Shown piece by piece: positions 18,128-26,828 of a DNA stretch of 64,000 nt. Where the stretch lies: positions 1 to 64,000 of IMG/VR virus record IMGVR_UViG_3300007513_000001; one strand, 5' to 3'. The translations under genes and the position numbers were made by a program. Position 1 is the stretch's first letter. Every line of letters starts with the position of its first letter. The notes under the pieces were generated by a model. That model did not search any database. It had not been told where the DNA came from and worked only from the letters and a program-made list of their open reading frames with translations.

Positions 18128-18322
18128 ATGGGGTCAAAACTTCAAAGACAAAACCAGCATGTTAAGCGACTAGAATCTAAGATTCGTCGATGGAAGAAAA
18201 AGAATAAGAATACTGACGGTTTAGAAAAAGAGCTTGATTACTGTACGGGCGGTACAGATCGTCCAGAATTTGCCACTGGCAGAGACTGCGATCCAAGACT
18301 AAAGAAACACTATAAAAAGTAG
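18128..18322 (+). CDS. small basic hypothetical protein
   Basis: GGGAG RBS. Confidence 0.6.
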   Translation: MGSKLQRQNQHVKRLESKIRRWKKKNKNTDGLEKELDYCTGGTDRPEFATGRDCDPRLKKHYKK

Positions 18323-18331
18323 GAGATTATT

Positions 18332-18508
18332 TTGGAACACAAGATTGGAGATAAGGTAACTCATGTTGATTATCCAAATAAGCCTGGAGTCGTAGTAGCG
18401 AAGACCAGCAGGTGGCAAGCTTCTTTGCCATTTTTTCTTGTTAGGTGGGAAGAATCTATGCACTGCTCTCGACATATTTCTCACGCTTTGAAAAAAGTCA
18501 AGAAATAA
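18332..18508 (+). CDS. SH3/KOW-like miniprotein (MKVGDLV family)
   Basis: TTG start after AGGAG; HKIGDKV...GVVV...VRW. Confidence 0.6.
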   Translation: MEHKIGDKVTHVDYPNKPGVVVAKTSRWQASLPFFLVRWEESMHCSRHISHALKKVKK

Positions 18509-18510
18509 TT

Positions 18511-18714
18511 TTGAAATCTGGAGATTTAGTCAGGTTTCGCGCGCCACACTGGTTGGGCGGAGCAGGCCTCCAAGAAGAAGAACGTCCGTGGCTTGTTGGA
18601 CTACTTGTCGAGTATCATAAGTGGGAAAAGATAGCTACGATTTTATATAACGATGAGATTTTAAGATTAGCAGCACGCAACGTGCAGAAATACGGAAGGA
18701 GATATTTAGCATGA
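18511..18714 (+). CDS. SH3/KOW-like miniprotein (MKVGDLV family)
   Basis: TTG start, KSGDLVRF. Confidence 0.6.
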   Translation: MKSGDLVRFRAPHWLGGAGLQEEERPWLVGLLVEYHKWEKIATILYNDEILRLAARNVQKYGRRYLA

Positions 18715-18941
18715 CCCCATTAGAAACTTTTGTATTGGTGGGAATTATCATGTCTCACGACACTCTTTTCTCTACTGTTGAGTTTAATCTTAACCCTCAG
18801 ACTAATGGAGGGCCATCTATCGCGGTGTTGCCAAATTCTGCTATTCCTTGTGCAGTAGAAATAGGCAAAACTATTTACGTAATAAAAGAAGAGAACCAAG
18901 ATTTTCCGATTATCTCTTGCGAGAGAGAAGATGGAAAATAG
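18711..18941 (+). CDS. hypothetical protein
   Basis: AGGAG RBS. Confidence 0.5.
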   Translation: MTPLETFVLVGIIMSHDTLFSTVEFNLNPQTNGGPSIAVLPNSAIPCAVEIGKTIYVIKEENQDFPIISCEREDGK

Positions 18942-19033
18942 AAAGTGTTCTTCATGTGGCTGTGATTTACCTCCAGGAGATTCGAGCCAAATTTATTGTT
19001 CTTTAAAATGTCAGGTAAAAAAGGATCCGATCG

Positions 19034-19315
19034 ATGAAGCTAAATGATTTAGTAAAGATTAAAGACAATGATTCTGACAAAATGGAAAGAACAACGGGAA
19101 TCGTACTCAAATTAGATTGGCACCACCCAGATAGCAGCGATTCTAGAATGAGAATCGCGGAAGTACTCTGGGACACCGGTCCGGAATGGATAGACGCGTC
19201 TCGTATTGAACTCGTAGATCGCGAACTGAGCATGGATCAACTAGAAAATGTTATAGGGGGGATGAGTTCTGAGAGGTTTGAGATGTGGAAAGTTAATGCA
19301 ATAAATAATGGTTGA
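19034..19315 (+). CDS. SH3/KOW-like miniprotein (MKVGDLV family)
   Basis: MKLNDLVK...GIVL...VLW...IELV. Confidence 0.65.
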   Translation: MKLNDLVKIKDNDSDKMERTTGIVLKLDWHHPDSSDSRMRIAEVLWDTGPEWIDASRIELVDRELSMDQLENVIGGMSSERFEMWKVNAINNG

Positions 19316-19318
19316 TTC

Positions 19319-19348
19319 TGTAAAAAACCTTGCGTAATATGGTATAAT
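19319..19348 (+). promoter_or_regulatory. early-type promoter TGTAAA-N18-TATAAT
   Basis: Motif match; identical to the copy at 29569. Confidence 0.8.
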
Positions 19349-19368
19349 ACTACTATAAGGTAAGGAGG

Positions 19369-19644
19369 ATGATTATGGAAATCGTCATTGGCACTAAGGT
19401 TCGTTCTTTTGACTTTCACTACATGCGCGACCTTGAAGGTCCCCGCAGCTGCTACATGGAGGGTATCGTCACCGGAATCGAAAAGATTCGAGGATGCGAT
19501 CGTTACATCATCGCAGTTGACCGCTGCGTATCTGGCGGTAAGGAACTGCCGGCTCAAGAATATCCACCAACCATTATTCCTCCGGTTAATGGAACCCGCA
19601 CTACGATGGGTCGGGTCACAGACGGTGTCGAGGTGATTGCATAA
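19369..19644 (+). CDS. SH3-like hypothetical protein
   Basis: IVIGTKVR...EGIV...VEVI; AGGAGG RBS. Confidence 0.6.
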   Translation: MIMEIVIGTKVRSFDFHYMRDLEGPRSCYMEGIVTGIEKIRGCDRYIIAVDRCVSGGKELPAQEYPPTIIPPVNGTRTTMGRVTDGVEVIA

Positions 19645-19808
19645 TGAAAGTCGGCGATTTGGTAAAAGTACAAACAAAGTTTTATGGCACAAAAATCGGC
19701 TTGGTTGTCAAGCACGGAATGGATGGATATTTTATCCAGCCATCTGACCACCCTCGGATGATTATTGCTGGGGCAGAAGATTGTGAGGTGATCAATGAAA
19801 ATCGGTGA
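19644..19808 (+). CDS. SH3/KOW-like miniprotein (54 aa, not in ORF track)
   Basis: MKVGDLVKV...EVINENR. Confidence 0.65.
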   Translation: MKVGDLVKVQTKFYGTKIGLVVKHGMDGYFIQPSDHPRMIIAGAEDCEVINENR

Positions 19809-19989
19809 TTTGGTAAAGTGGACTAACGAGTTCAATCCAGACTATTATTCGCATAGTGGAGATGGGCTTGTCATGGACGTCACTCATTATAACGATTCTG
19901 TTGGCACTATTGTAGTCGATGTTTTGGTGAAAGGTAACATACTCCGCTGGAACAGCAAAAGCTGCGAGGTGGTCAATGAAAGTCGGTGA
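19795..19989 (+). CDS. SH3/KOW-like miniprotein (MKVGDLV family)
   Basis: MKIGDLVKW...EVVNESR. Confidence 0.65.
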   Translation: MKIGDLVKWTNEFNPDYYSHSGDGLVMDVTHYNDSVGTIVVDVLVKGNILRWNSKSCEVVNESR

Positions 19990-20209
19990 TATAGTCAGAC
20001 TTGCGGTGCCGGTGTCTGGGCAAACAGGCCCGATAAACACTGGAGTCGTTTTGAAAACGTTTAAAAAGAAGTGCTGGCGCACTTCCGAGTACGGCCGAAA
20101 GATTGATTGGAATATAATTGAACCTGAGCTGCATGCAGAAGTTTTGATCAACGAAAACATTTTGTCGGTTCCAGCGGTAGAGCTTGAGGTGGTCAATGAA
20201 AGTCGGTGA
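19976..20209 (+). CDS. SH3/KOW-like miniprotein (MKVGDLV family)
   Basis: MKVGDIVR...LEVVNESR. Confidence 0.65.
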   Translation: MKVGDIVRLAVPVSGQTGPINTGVVLKTFKKKCWRTSEYGRKIDWNIIEPELHAEVLINENILSVPAVELEVVNESR

Positions 20210-20372
20210 TTTGGTGAAACATCTATATTCAGAACGCGGCATGACGGGGGTCATTGTAGAAATCGTGTCATGGAAGCATACTGAAAGCAAAACACCCTTT
20301 GTCTTGTGGGATGATGGTAGAATAGCAAAGGTCCAATGGGGACTTATCGAGGCAGTCAATGAAAGTCGGTGA
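20196..20372 (+). CDS. SH3/KOW-like miniprotein (MKVGDLV family)
   Basis: MKVGDLVKH...EAVNESR. Confidence 0.65.
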   Translation: MKVGDLVKHLYSERGMTGVIVEIVSWKHTESKTPFVLWDDGRIAKVQWGLIEAVNESR

Positions 20373-20541
20373 TTTGGTAAAGTTTACTGCCGGGGCCGCA
20401 TCTGTTGTGAATGCTGGCGTTGTTGTGAATGTTTGGACTATAGCTCATAAGAACAGAGTTCAGTCAGTTGATATTTTATGGGAAGGTAAAATTATCCCAA
20501 GGCTAGTCAACGCAGTTGAGGTGATCAATGAAAGTCGGTGA
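20359..20541 (+). CDS. SH3/KOW-like miniprotein (MKVGDLV family)
   Basis: MKVGDLVKF...EVINESR. Confidence 0.65.
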   Translation: MKVGDLVKFTAGAASVVNAGVVVNVWTIAHKNRVQSVDILWEGKIIPRLVNAVEVINESR

Positions 20542-20716
20542 TAAATGCAAATACAGAGATTACGATAGCAATGAATGGAAGAACGGAATCATATTGGATA
20601 TTCGCGGTCCGTTTAGTGCAAAAACATATGTTATCACTGGGACCGGTCACTTTACTGGTGAACTAGAAACAAGAACAAGCCACTATGTTACGAGAGCAAA
20701 AAATGAAAGTCGGTGA
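20528..20716 (+). CDS. SH3/KOW-like miniprotein (MKVGDLV family)
   Basis: MKVGDKCKY...NESR. Confidence 0.65.
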   Translation: MKVGDKCKYRDYDSNEWKNGIILDIRGPFSAKTYVITGTGHFTGELETRTSHYVTRAKNESR

Positions 20717-20939
20717 CCTGATTCGGTATAACGCTGCCGATTCTCGTAATAAAACTCTTGGGCTTGTTATCGAGCTGAAGCCTGGATGGCTATTTAATGA
20801 ACCCACGGCTACGATTCAGTGGCTACGAGTAGCGCGATATATGCCTAGAGCGTGTTCAAGAGGCTGGGATGCATCAAAACCAACCCCGGGTGACATATGT
20901 TCTCATCCACAAGGCAGCTGGTTTGAGGTGGTTTCGTGA
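20703..20939 (+). CDS. SH3/KOW-like miniprotein (MKVGDLV family)
   Basis: MKVGDLIRY...FEVVS. Confidence 0.65.
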   Translation: MKVGDLIRYNAADSRNKTLGLVIELKPGWLFNEPTATIQWLRVARYMPRACSRGWDASKPTPGDICSHPQGSWFEVVS

Positions 20940-21133
20940 AAATCGGTGATTTAGTAATATACCAGTGGGGAGCTGCGCACGAGCCAAAACACCCAGATGT
21001 AGTTGGGACTGTTTTGAGCTTTCCAGCAGCTTCTCACCCTAAAGAATTTCAAAAAATTGAAGTGTTAACAGAGCATGGAGTGATAGAAAAGTGGGTCATG
21101 CAGTTTTGTAAGGTGATTAATGAATCCAGGTGA
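20936..21133 (+). CDS. SH3/KOW-like miniprotein (MKVGDLV family)
   Basis: MKIGDLVIY...KVINESR. Confidence 0.65.
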   Translation: MKIGDLVIYQWGAAHEPKHPDVVGTVLSFPAASHPKEFQKIEVLTEHGVIEKWVMQFCKVINESR

Positions 21134-21323
21134 TCTTGTAAGAAATAAAAACTCTGAAGGCGGAGAACTTGGGATCTTCATAGGCATGCGTACGTTTAAA
21201 CACAACGCTCCCTCAAATCCAGGCGCAGAAGACTACACTTGCGCTGAAGTTTATTGGCCAGAGCGTTCTGGAAAATACGCCGTCGGGACAATCCAAACTA
21301 ATTTGATTGAGGTGGTTTCGTGA
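21120..21323 (+). CDS. SH3/KOW-like miniprotein (MKVGDLV family)
   Basis: MNPGDLVRN...IEVVS. Confidence 0.65.
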   Translation: MNPGDLVRNKNSEGGELGIFIGMRTFKHNAPSNPGAEDYTCAEVYWPERSGKYAVGTIQTNLIEVVS

Positions 21324-21550
21324 AAATCGGTGATTTGGTGCAAGTTTCTGATTGTGGAAACGAAAAAACAAGAGATCTTGATTGGGACTGTAATTGTTTC
21401 TTTTGCAAGGGAAACTCAAACCGCATAGGATGTGTTCTTGACGTTGCGACTCGAAATGGTTGGGTGGTTATGTTCGACATCGGAGACTGTAGGCTTGATG
21501 CCTTTGACGAAGCTAACGGAAGAGTGAGGGTGATTAATGAAAGTAGGTGA
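21320..21550 (+). CDS. SH3/KOW-like miniprotein with CxCxxC insert
   Basis: MKIGDLVQV...CNCFFC...RVINESR. Confidence 0.65.
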   Translation: MKIGDLVQVSDCGNEKTRDLDWDCNCFFCKGNSNRIGCVLDVATRNGWVVMFDIGDCRLDAFDEANGRVRVINESR

Positions 21551-21737
21551 CTTGGTTCGCAACAGTTGTGACAGTGGGTATCCACCACAAGAGACTGGTA
21601 TTATTACCAAGTATGTCGAATGGAAAGATGGCGAGACGAGAGATCACCCATATGTTCTATTTGAAGTGCTTTGGGATTCTGGTATTATTAAAAAATGTTC
21701 CGAAAATCAACTTGAGGTCGCCAATGAAGGTCGGTGA
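21537..21737 (+). CDS. SH3/KOW-like miniprotein (MKVGDLV family)
   Basis: MKVGDLVRN...LEVANEGR. Confidence 0.65.
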   Translation: MKVGDLVRNSCDSGYPPQETGIITKYVEWKDGETRDHPYVLFEVLWDSGIIKKCSENQLEVANEGR

Positions 21738-21912
21738 TTTGGTAAAAGTTACGCTCCCAAGCAACAGCTTTTTAGATGGAAAAATCGGAACAGTTGTATT
21801 ATCTGAAAAATATCAAGATCCCATATATGGTATTTGTATTTTAATCGATGAAAAAGTGTACGGGTTTAAAGAAAATGAAATAAAGACAATCAATGAAAAG
21901 GAGTTAAAATGA
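21724..21912 (+). CDS. SH3/KOW-like miniprotein (MKVGDLV family)
   Basis: MKVGDLVKV...IKTINEKELK. Confidence 0.65.
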   Translation: MKVGDLVKVTLPSNSFLDGKIGTVVLSEKYQDPIYGICILIDEKVYGFKENEIKTINEKELK

Positions 21913-22352
21913 AATATTGTATTGAGTCTGTGGCTGACAAGCCCGAACTTTGGAAAGATGGAGACCCAGTTCGCCCAGAGCTCAACGTCATATATAAAAC
22001 TAAGCCGGGTCGTTATGTCTATGGTTTGAAGGACGAAAACGGAGAATACGTTTCCTTTTGTTGCGTTGCACGAACAAAGGGGATACCTCAAGACATTATG
22101 TCTCTCAGCAATTTAACTTCAGTAGAAGGTACAATCTATGTACCTTATACAGTTTGGAGCTTACGAAAAGGAGCTGGAAAGGCGATTATCAATGCGCTGC
22201 TCGGTTTAGCGCGTGAAGAAAATTCTGGAATCGAAAGAGTGGTGACACTATCTCCTAGAACCGAAATGGCTAGAAACTTTCATTTGAGAAATGGAGCTAT
22301 TGAACTGGCAGTAAACGTTGTTTCTATGAATTTTGAATATAAGGTCTATTAA
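21909..22352 (+). CDS. GNAT-like phage protein
   Basis: YTVWSLRKGAGKAII...VTLSP...FHLRNGA. Confidence 0.55.
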   Translation: MKYCIESVADKPELWKDGDPVRPELNVIYKTKPGRYVYGLKDENGEYVSFCCVARTKGIPQDIMSLSNLTSVEGTIYVPYTVWSLRKGAGKAIINALLGLAREENSGIERVVTLSPRTEMARNFHLRNGAIELAVNVVSMNFEYKVY

Positions 22353-22354
22353 TC

Positions 22355-22555
22355 ATGAAAACCGGAGATCTAGTTCAGCACCACCCTTTCGGCAGTAAAG
22401 ATGAACACATCAAAGCTATTTACGAAGAGCACGATGCAGACTTTAGAATCGGGCTAATCATAAAAGAGCGAGAATCATTTCGTTTAGTCTCTCCCGAGAA
22501 AGGAAAACCCGCGTGGTATCAAGTAGAAGAACTAAAAATAATTAGTAAATCTTAA
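22355..22555 (+). CDS. SH3/KOW-like miniprotein (MKVGDLV family)
   Basis: MKTGDLVQH...LKII. Confidence 0.6.
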   Translation: MKTGDLVQHHPFGSKDEHIKAIYEEHDADFRIGLIIKERESFRLVSPEKGKPAWYQVEELKIISKS

Positions 22556-22664
22556 ATTTAACCATGTACACCTGGGCATTCGTGATTATCTTTTAATAGC
22601 TGGAAGAATTGCCTAATGGGATTCTAACAGCGCAGTTACTCGCTTACAAAAAAAGGAGGAAAGC

Positions 22665-23099
22665 ATGACTACTGCAATTACACGCGTTGGCCCGGGACTT
22701 TTGGGCAGCAACGTTTTTGATACAATTTTTGACAGCTTCGTCACTGACATGCCACAATATGTACGGCAGTCTACCCAAGGTTACCCTGTTGCTGACATCT
22801 ATACTAATGAAGATGGGATGACAGTAATGGAATTTGCCTTGGCTGGATTCTCGCGGAGCGAACTTAACGTAGAAGTTAAACCAGAAGTTCGCAGCATTAC
22901 TATTTCAGCGCAAGCCGAAGGTGATAGCTCGAGTCCGTCTGGTCGGCGCATCGCTCGTCGATCTTTCACGAAAACTTTTGTGAATTATGATGATGATCTA
23001 GATCTCACGAGCGCTGAAGCTACGTTTGAAAACGGGTTGCTGTCGATCGTTGTTCCCCGTAGACCCGAAACGCAACCGGTTAAAATTAAGATTTTTTAG
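22665..23099 (+). CDS. small heat shock protein (Hsp20)
   Basis: YPVADI...EFALAGF...RSFTKTF...ATFENGLLSI. Confidence 0.9.
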   Translation: MTTAITRVGPGLLGSNVFDTIFDSFVTDMPQYVRQSTQGYPVADIYTNEDGMTVMEFALAGFSRSELNVEVKPEVRSITISAQAEGDSSSPSGRRIARRSFTKTFVNYDDDLDLTSAEATFENGLLSIVVPRRPETQPVKIKIF

Positions 23100-23123
23100 T
23101 AATCTTTTCTCTGGTTTAAATTG

Positions 23124-23152
23124 CAAGCGGGTTTAAAAAGCCCGCTTGTTTT
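23124..23152 (+). terminator. intrinsic terminator
   Basis: CAAGCGGG/CCCGCTTG stem followed by T run. Confidence 0.75.
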
Positions 23153-23220
23153 GTATATAATGATTATGACCGTGGCGAATGCCTCAAAGACATTGATATG
23201 CGTTTAATAAAGGAGAGTGA

Positions 23221-23532
23221 ATGTCTAGAAAAAATATCCACCGTGCTGGACCGTATAAGAGAGAAGAAGTTATTGTTGGTTTTAGAAAAGAAGAAGATGA
23301 AACTTTTACAAAGATAACAAAAATCATGTCTCGTGATTGGAAAACTGGGGGGATTAAAAACCAGAAAAAGAAAAAGCCAGTCGAAGAGGGTCCATATGAA
23401 CTAGCGACCGTTGAAGATTATGATGAGAAAATGAACTATCAAGACATAGACGGCACTGAGCTATCGATATATTTTAAAAAGGTTGGCGATTTTAAAAGAG
23501 TAGAGATTGATGAGCCAGAGGAAGATGAGTGA
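23221..23532 (+). CDS. hypothetical protein
   Basis: AGGAG RBS. Confidence 0.65.
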   Translation: MSRKNIHRAGPYKREEVIVGFRKEEDETFTKITKIMSRDWKTGGIKNQKKKKPVEEGPYELATVEDYDEKMNYQDIDGTELSIYFKKVGDFKRVEIDEPEEDE

Positions 23533-23786
23533 AAGTAGGAGATTTAGTTAAATACAGAGGCTGGTCTCATAATGCTAGTTTCGAGCATGTTTCACGAAGT
23601 CGCGACCCTTTGGCAATAGTGGTCCAGACTCGTGCAGAAGATTCAGAATATCATAAAAGAATTAGGGTTATGTGGGTGGGAGAAGAAATCCCGATTCAAG
23701 CTCAAGTAGTTTCTACAAACGGAAATAGGTTTAGTAGCTGGTGCTCCCCTAAATATTTCCACGTTGTTAGTAAAAAAGGAGATTAA
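23529..23786 (+). CDS. SH3/KOW-like miniprotein (MKVGDLV family)
   Basis: MKVGDLVKY...VMW...FHVV. Confidence 0.65.
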   Translation: MKVGDLVKYRGWSHNASFEHVSRSRDPLAIVVQTRAEDSEYHKRIRVMWVGEEIPIQAQVVSTNGNRFSSWCSPKYFHVVSKKGD

Positions 23787-23945
23787 AATGAGAGATTTTA
23801 TTTATTCTAAGCACTTTAGTGCTGGTTTAGCTTTGCTAAATGGTTATTTTTGCATTCAATCTCTAAACCATAGCCAGTGGGGTTGGGCTTTTTTAAGCGG
23901 CGCGTTCTGTTGGCTGTGCATAGACAATTGGCGGCGGTCGGGATA

Positions 23946-24248
23946 ATGTTTAAGTGGATTAAACATCGACTAATGCATAAGTTGCAGCATGTGAGCTGGT
24001 CATCAATTAAGAAAACTTTTAAAGAGCATGGATTGGCTCTTGTTGTCATCATAGTTGGGTGGGAAATTATTGAAGATGTTGGATTTCCACTGCTTTTTAT
24101 ATTTCTTGGAAACCACGTTCACCCTGTTTTTTATACTGGCGCGCCGGCAGCATGGCTACTCTGCCTTCATTGGTTGATGGTGCCCTTAACGTGGAAATGG
24201 TGGATTAAAATCAGCGGTGAAAAAAATGAATCTAGGCGACTTAGTTAA
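23946..24248 (+). CDS. membrane protein
   Basis: Two hydrophobic helices. Confidence 0.55.
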   Translation: MFKWIKHRLMHKLQHVSWSSIKKTFKEHGLALVVIIVGWEIIEDVGFPLLFIFLGNHVHPVFYTGAPAAWLLCLHWLMVPLTWKWWIKISGEKNESRRLS

Positions 24249-24426
24249 TCTTTACGCTTATTCTCCTCACGACGCAGAATTAGCTAATACAGTGCTACAC
24301 ACTGGCATCCTCGTCGACTGGGAATACGAAGAGCCCGATGGCGGGTGGAAAGTTTTAGTTGATGGAAAAATAGAGACTTTTACTAAGATGTGGTGGGTTT
24401 GTAGAGCCACGAGAGAAAATCAATGA
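24226..24426 (+). CDS. SH3/KOW-like miniprotein (MKVGDLV family)
   Basis: MNLGDLVNL...GILV. Confidence 0.6.
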   Translation: MNLGDLVNLYAYSPHDAELANTVLHTGILVDWEYEEPDGGWKVLVDGKIETFTKMWWVCRATRENQ

Positions 24427-24635
24427 ATGCGATAATCGACCTTCACGGAATAAAGCACGAAGATGTTACAAGCGTTATGATTGATGCGTGTTCTAAGTAC
24501 GATATTCCTTTTGTGGTGATAACAGGACAATCCTCTAGAATGAAAAGGATTGTTCGTTTCGCAGTGGCAAAGTTCAATCTTTCGGCGAGAGACGCTATTG
24601 ACAATCCAGGCAGGTTGATAGTGGAGGATCGATGA
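24423..24635 (+). CDS. stand-alone Smr domain protein
   Basis: IIDLHG...VVITG motifs. Confidence 0.7.
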   Translation: MNAIIDLHGIKHEDVTSVMIDACSKYDIPFVVITGQSSRMKRIVRFAVAKFNLSARDAIDNPGRLIVEDR

Positions 24636-24868
24636 AGACCGGCGATTATGTTCAAGTCCGCGAAGGAGTCCATGATGATCAAATGCCCAATAAGCGCCGA
24701 GATGGGCTAATTGTAGAAATGGTAGGTCAATATGGGTGGAATAGAGATCCAGATCAAGTGATGGTTATGTTCTCCAATGGAGCTTTTCTTAAATTTCACG
24801 TTTCACAAATCGAAGTGATTAGCGAAGGTCAGCAACAACTACCAAAGAACAAAAAAAGAGAAGATTGA
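24632..24868 (+). CDS. SH3/KOW-like miniprotein (MKVGDLV family)
   Basis: MKTGDYVQV...IEVISE. Confidence 0.65.
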   Translation: MKTGDYVQVREGVHDDQMPNKRRDGLIVEMVGQYGWNRDPDQVMVMFSNGAFLKFHVSQIEVISEGQQQLPKNKKRED

Positions 24869-24876
24869 GTTAATTC

Positions 24877-24906
24877 TGTAAAAAAGTGCTTCCGATATGG
24901 TATAAT
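24877..24906 (+). promoter_or_regulatory. early-type promoter TGTAAA-N18-TATAAT
   Basis: Motif match. Confidence 0.8.
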
Positions 24907-24930
24907 AATAATATAATCAAGGAAGAAACA

Positions 24931-25098
24931 ATGGAAGAAAAAGAATGGGGATCAATCGAATACCCAATCATTCTAGGCTATACCAAGCCTAATGGTGAGA
25001 AGTATAAAGTGGTAATTCATAACTCAGATCAGTCCGAATATGAATATGATAAGATGTTTGAGTTGTGTGGTGAAGATGTACCATTCAGTGTAGATTAA
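24931..25098 (+). CDS. hypothetical protein
   Basis: AAGGA RBS after promoter. Confidence 0.55.
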   Translation: MEEKEWGSIEYPIILGYTKPNGEKYKVVIHNSDQSEYEYDKMFELCGEDVPFSVD

Positions 25099-25106
25099 GG
25101 TGATCA

Positions 25107-25286
25107 ATGAAAATCGGTGATTTGGTTCGCACCCCGGAGGGTAAGCTTGGCATTATTGACAAGTACTACCCAAACTGGGATGACTCTAGCAAAGCCAGTT
25201 ACCCATGGTATGTGAGTATCATGCCTGACTGGAGTGTTGAATACTTCAGAACAGGACAACTCGAGGTGATCAATGAAAATCGGTGA
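25107..25286 (+). CDS. SH3/KOW-like miniprotein (59 aa, not in ORF track)
   Basis: MKIGDLVRT...LEVINENR. Confidence 0.65.
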   Translation: MKIGDLVRTPEGKLGIIDKYYPNWDDSSKASYPWYVSIMPDWSVEYFRTGQLEVINENR

Positions 25287-25428
25287 CATGGTTAGGTTTA
25301 AGGACCTGGAGAAAAGAACTGGCGTATTACTCGAATACGGCGCGTTTTCTGATGGTTGGTGGTCTATTCTGGATTCTGATGGACAGATGGTTGTCTGGCC
25401 AGAATCCCAACTTGAGGTTATCATATGA
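25273..25428 (+). CDS. SH3/KOW-like miniprotein (51 aa, not in ORF track)
   Basis: MKIGDMVRF...LEVII. Confidence 0.65.
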   Translation: MKIGDMVRFKDLEKRTGVLLEYGAFSDGWWSILDSDGQMVVWPESQLEVII

Positions 25429-25637
25429 GACTCGGTGATGCAGTAAAAATAACAAAGCCAAAGCTTTATCAGCAGAATCTGATAGACGTGGTCGGAATTA
25501 TCGTAGAGCATTTCCCTCAAAGAGATCCACCTTACCCTCCTGGAAAAGCTATTTGTAGAGTCTTTTGGCCAGATGGAAGCGTCGATAAAACTTGGCGCCT
25601 GTGTAAAGAGCTGGAGGTAATCAATGAAAGTCGGTGA
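25425..25637 (+). CDS. SH3/KOW-like miniprotein (MKVGDLV family)
   Basis: MRLGDAVK...LEVINESR. Confidence 0.65.
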   Translation: MRLGDAVKITKPKLYQQNLIDVVGIIVEHFPQRDPPYPPGKAICRVFWPDGSVDKTWRLCKELEVINESR

Positions 25638-25848
25638 TCTAGTCATAATGCCAGGAGAAACACTTGCAAAGGTTTCCGGAAAACATAGCATAGGGCTTGT
25701 TGTTGCTGATGATTATGACAAAGTTGCGCCTAGTCGCGTTGCTGGTCGAAAGAAGTCAAGAATCGGTATCATGTGGACAGACGGCAGTGGACGTGTGGAT
25801 TATGAGCCCAGAGATTGGCTGGAGGTGATTAGTGAAGAAAAACTATAA
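25624..25848 (+). CDS. SH3/KOW-like miniprotein (MKVGDLV family)
   Basis: MKVGDLVIM...LEVISE. Confidence 0.65.
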   Translation: MKVGDLVIMPGETLAKVSGKHSIGLVVADDYDKVAPSRVAGRKKSRIGIMWTDGSGRVDYEPRDWLEVISEEKL

Positions 25849-26161
25849 ATTTGTAGAATTTAAATCTGGTTTTGGAGTTAGCATTCAAGCTAACTCTAGT
25901 AACTATTGCGAGCCTCGAAACGACGAGGGTCCCTACACCGCGGTGGAGCTCGGTTTTCCAAGCGCTGAGGACTCTTTAATTATCAAATATGCTGAAAATA
26001 AAAGTGAGCCGACAGAAACAGTTTATGGCTGGGTGCCTGTTGGTGTAGTGAAAGCGCTCATGATTAAACACGGCGAAGTTATAGCAGGCACGATGCCGCC
26101 ATTTAACATGAACATAGAGCAATCAGCAATTTTGGCGGAGGCTTTACTAGATGAAAATTAG
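25832..26161 (+). CDS. hypothetical phage protein
   Basis: GFGVSIQA...YCEPR...VELGFPS...VYGWVP. Confidence 0.6.
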   Translation: MKKNYKFVEFKSGFGVSIQANSSNYCEPRNDEGPYTAVELGFPSAEDSLIIKYAENKSEPTETVYGWVPVGVVKALMIKHGEVIAGTMPPFNMNIEQSAILAEALLDEN

Positions 26162-26489
26162 AAACTCTATTTTAGATAATCAGACTATCGTTGTTGAAAT
26201 TGAAAATGGAGACACGGGAGAAGCAGTAGATTTGTTGAATATTAAAAAGAATGGCTATGCAGTTTTTGGCGACAACGTAGAGTTGCCGATAGCAGTAATT
26301 GATGGAAGACTTCGAAACGAAGATTGGTTTACCGATAATCACCTCTTAGCAATCGAAGCTCATGAGCTCGGACATATTCTTACAAATTCAGAAAAAGAAC
26401 CCGTGGCTGAACGAAAAGGTATTCGCTTGCTTGACTCCGCGGGTTATATTATTGCTGCAAACATTTTACGCGATAGAGGCATTGCATGA
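26151..26489 (+). CDS. HExxH metallopeptidase-like protein
   Basis: AHELGHIL followed by E..AE. Confidence 0.55.
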   Translation: MKIRNSILDNQTIVVEIENGDTGEAVDLLNIKKNGYAVFGDNVELPIAVIDGRLRNEDWFTDNHLLAIEAHELGHILTNSEKEPVAERKGIRLLDSAGYIIAANILRDRGIA

Positions 26490-26665
26490 AGGTGGGTGAT
26501 TTGGTTACTGATAATCGCATCGCGCCATTTACGGTTGGTTTGATCGTTGGGTGGTATGATACACCCAAAGGCGTAGTGAATGTCGCTTGGTGGCAGCGTG
26601 GAAAGCTAATTTCTACCGCCCCGTGTCATATATCTAAATTAGAGGTGTTGAGTGAAAGTCGGTGA
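26486..26665 (+). CDS. SH3/KOW-like miniprotein (59 aa, not in ORF track)
   Basis: MKVGDLVTD...LEVLSESR. Confidence 0.65.
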   Translation: MKVGDLVTDNRIAPFTVGLIVGWYDTPKGVVNVAWWQRGKLISTAPCHISKLEVLSESR

Positions 26666-26828
26666 CCGAGTAAAAATAGCTCCTATGTGGAAGTACGAAG
26701 AAGCTCGGGGGAATATTATTAAGATAACGAAAGAATACACTGTGGTTTCTTGGGACGGGGTGAATGGTGAATGGCATTATACGAAGAAGCAAGCGGATAA
26801 AATCCAGGTGATTAATGAGCACGCTTAA
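26652..26828 (+). CDS. SH3/KOW-like miniprotein (58 aa, not in ORF track)
   Basis: GTG start, KVGDRVK...IQVINEHA. Confidence 0.65.
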   Translation: MKVGDRVKIAPMWKYEEARGNIIKITKEYTVVSWDGVNGEWHYTKKQADKIQVINEHA

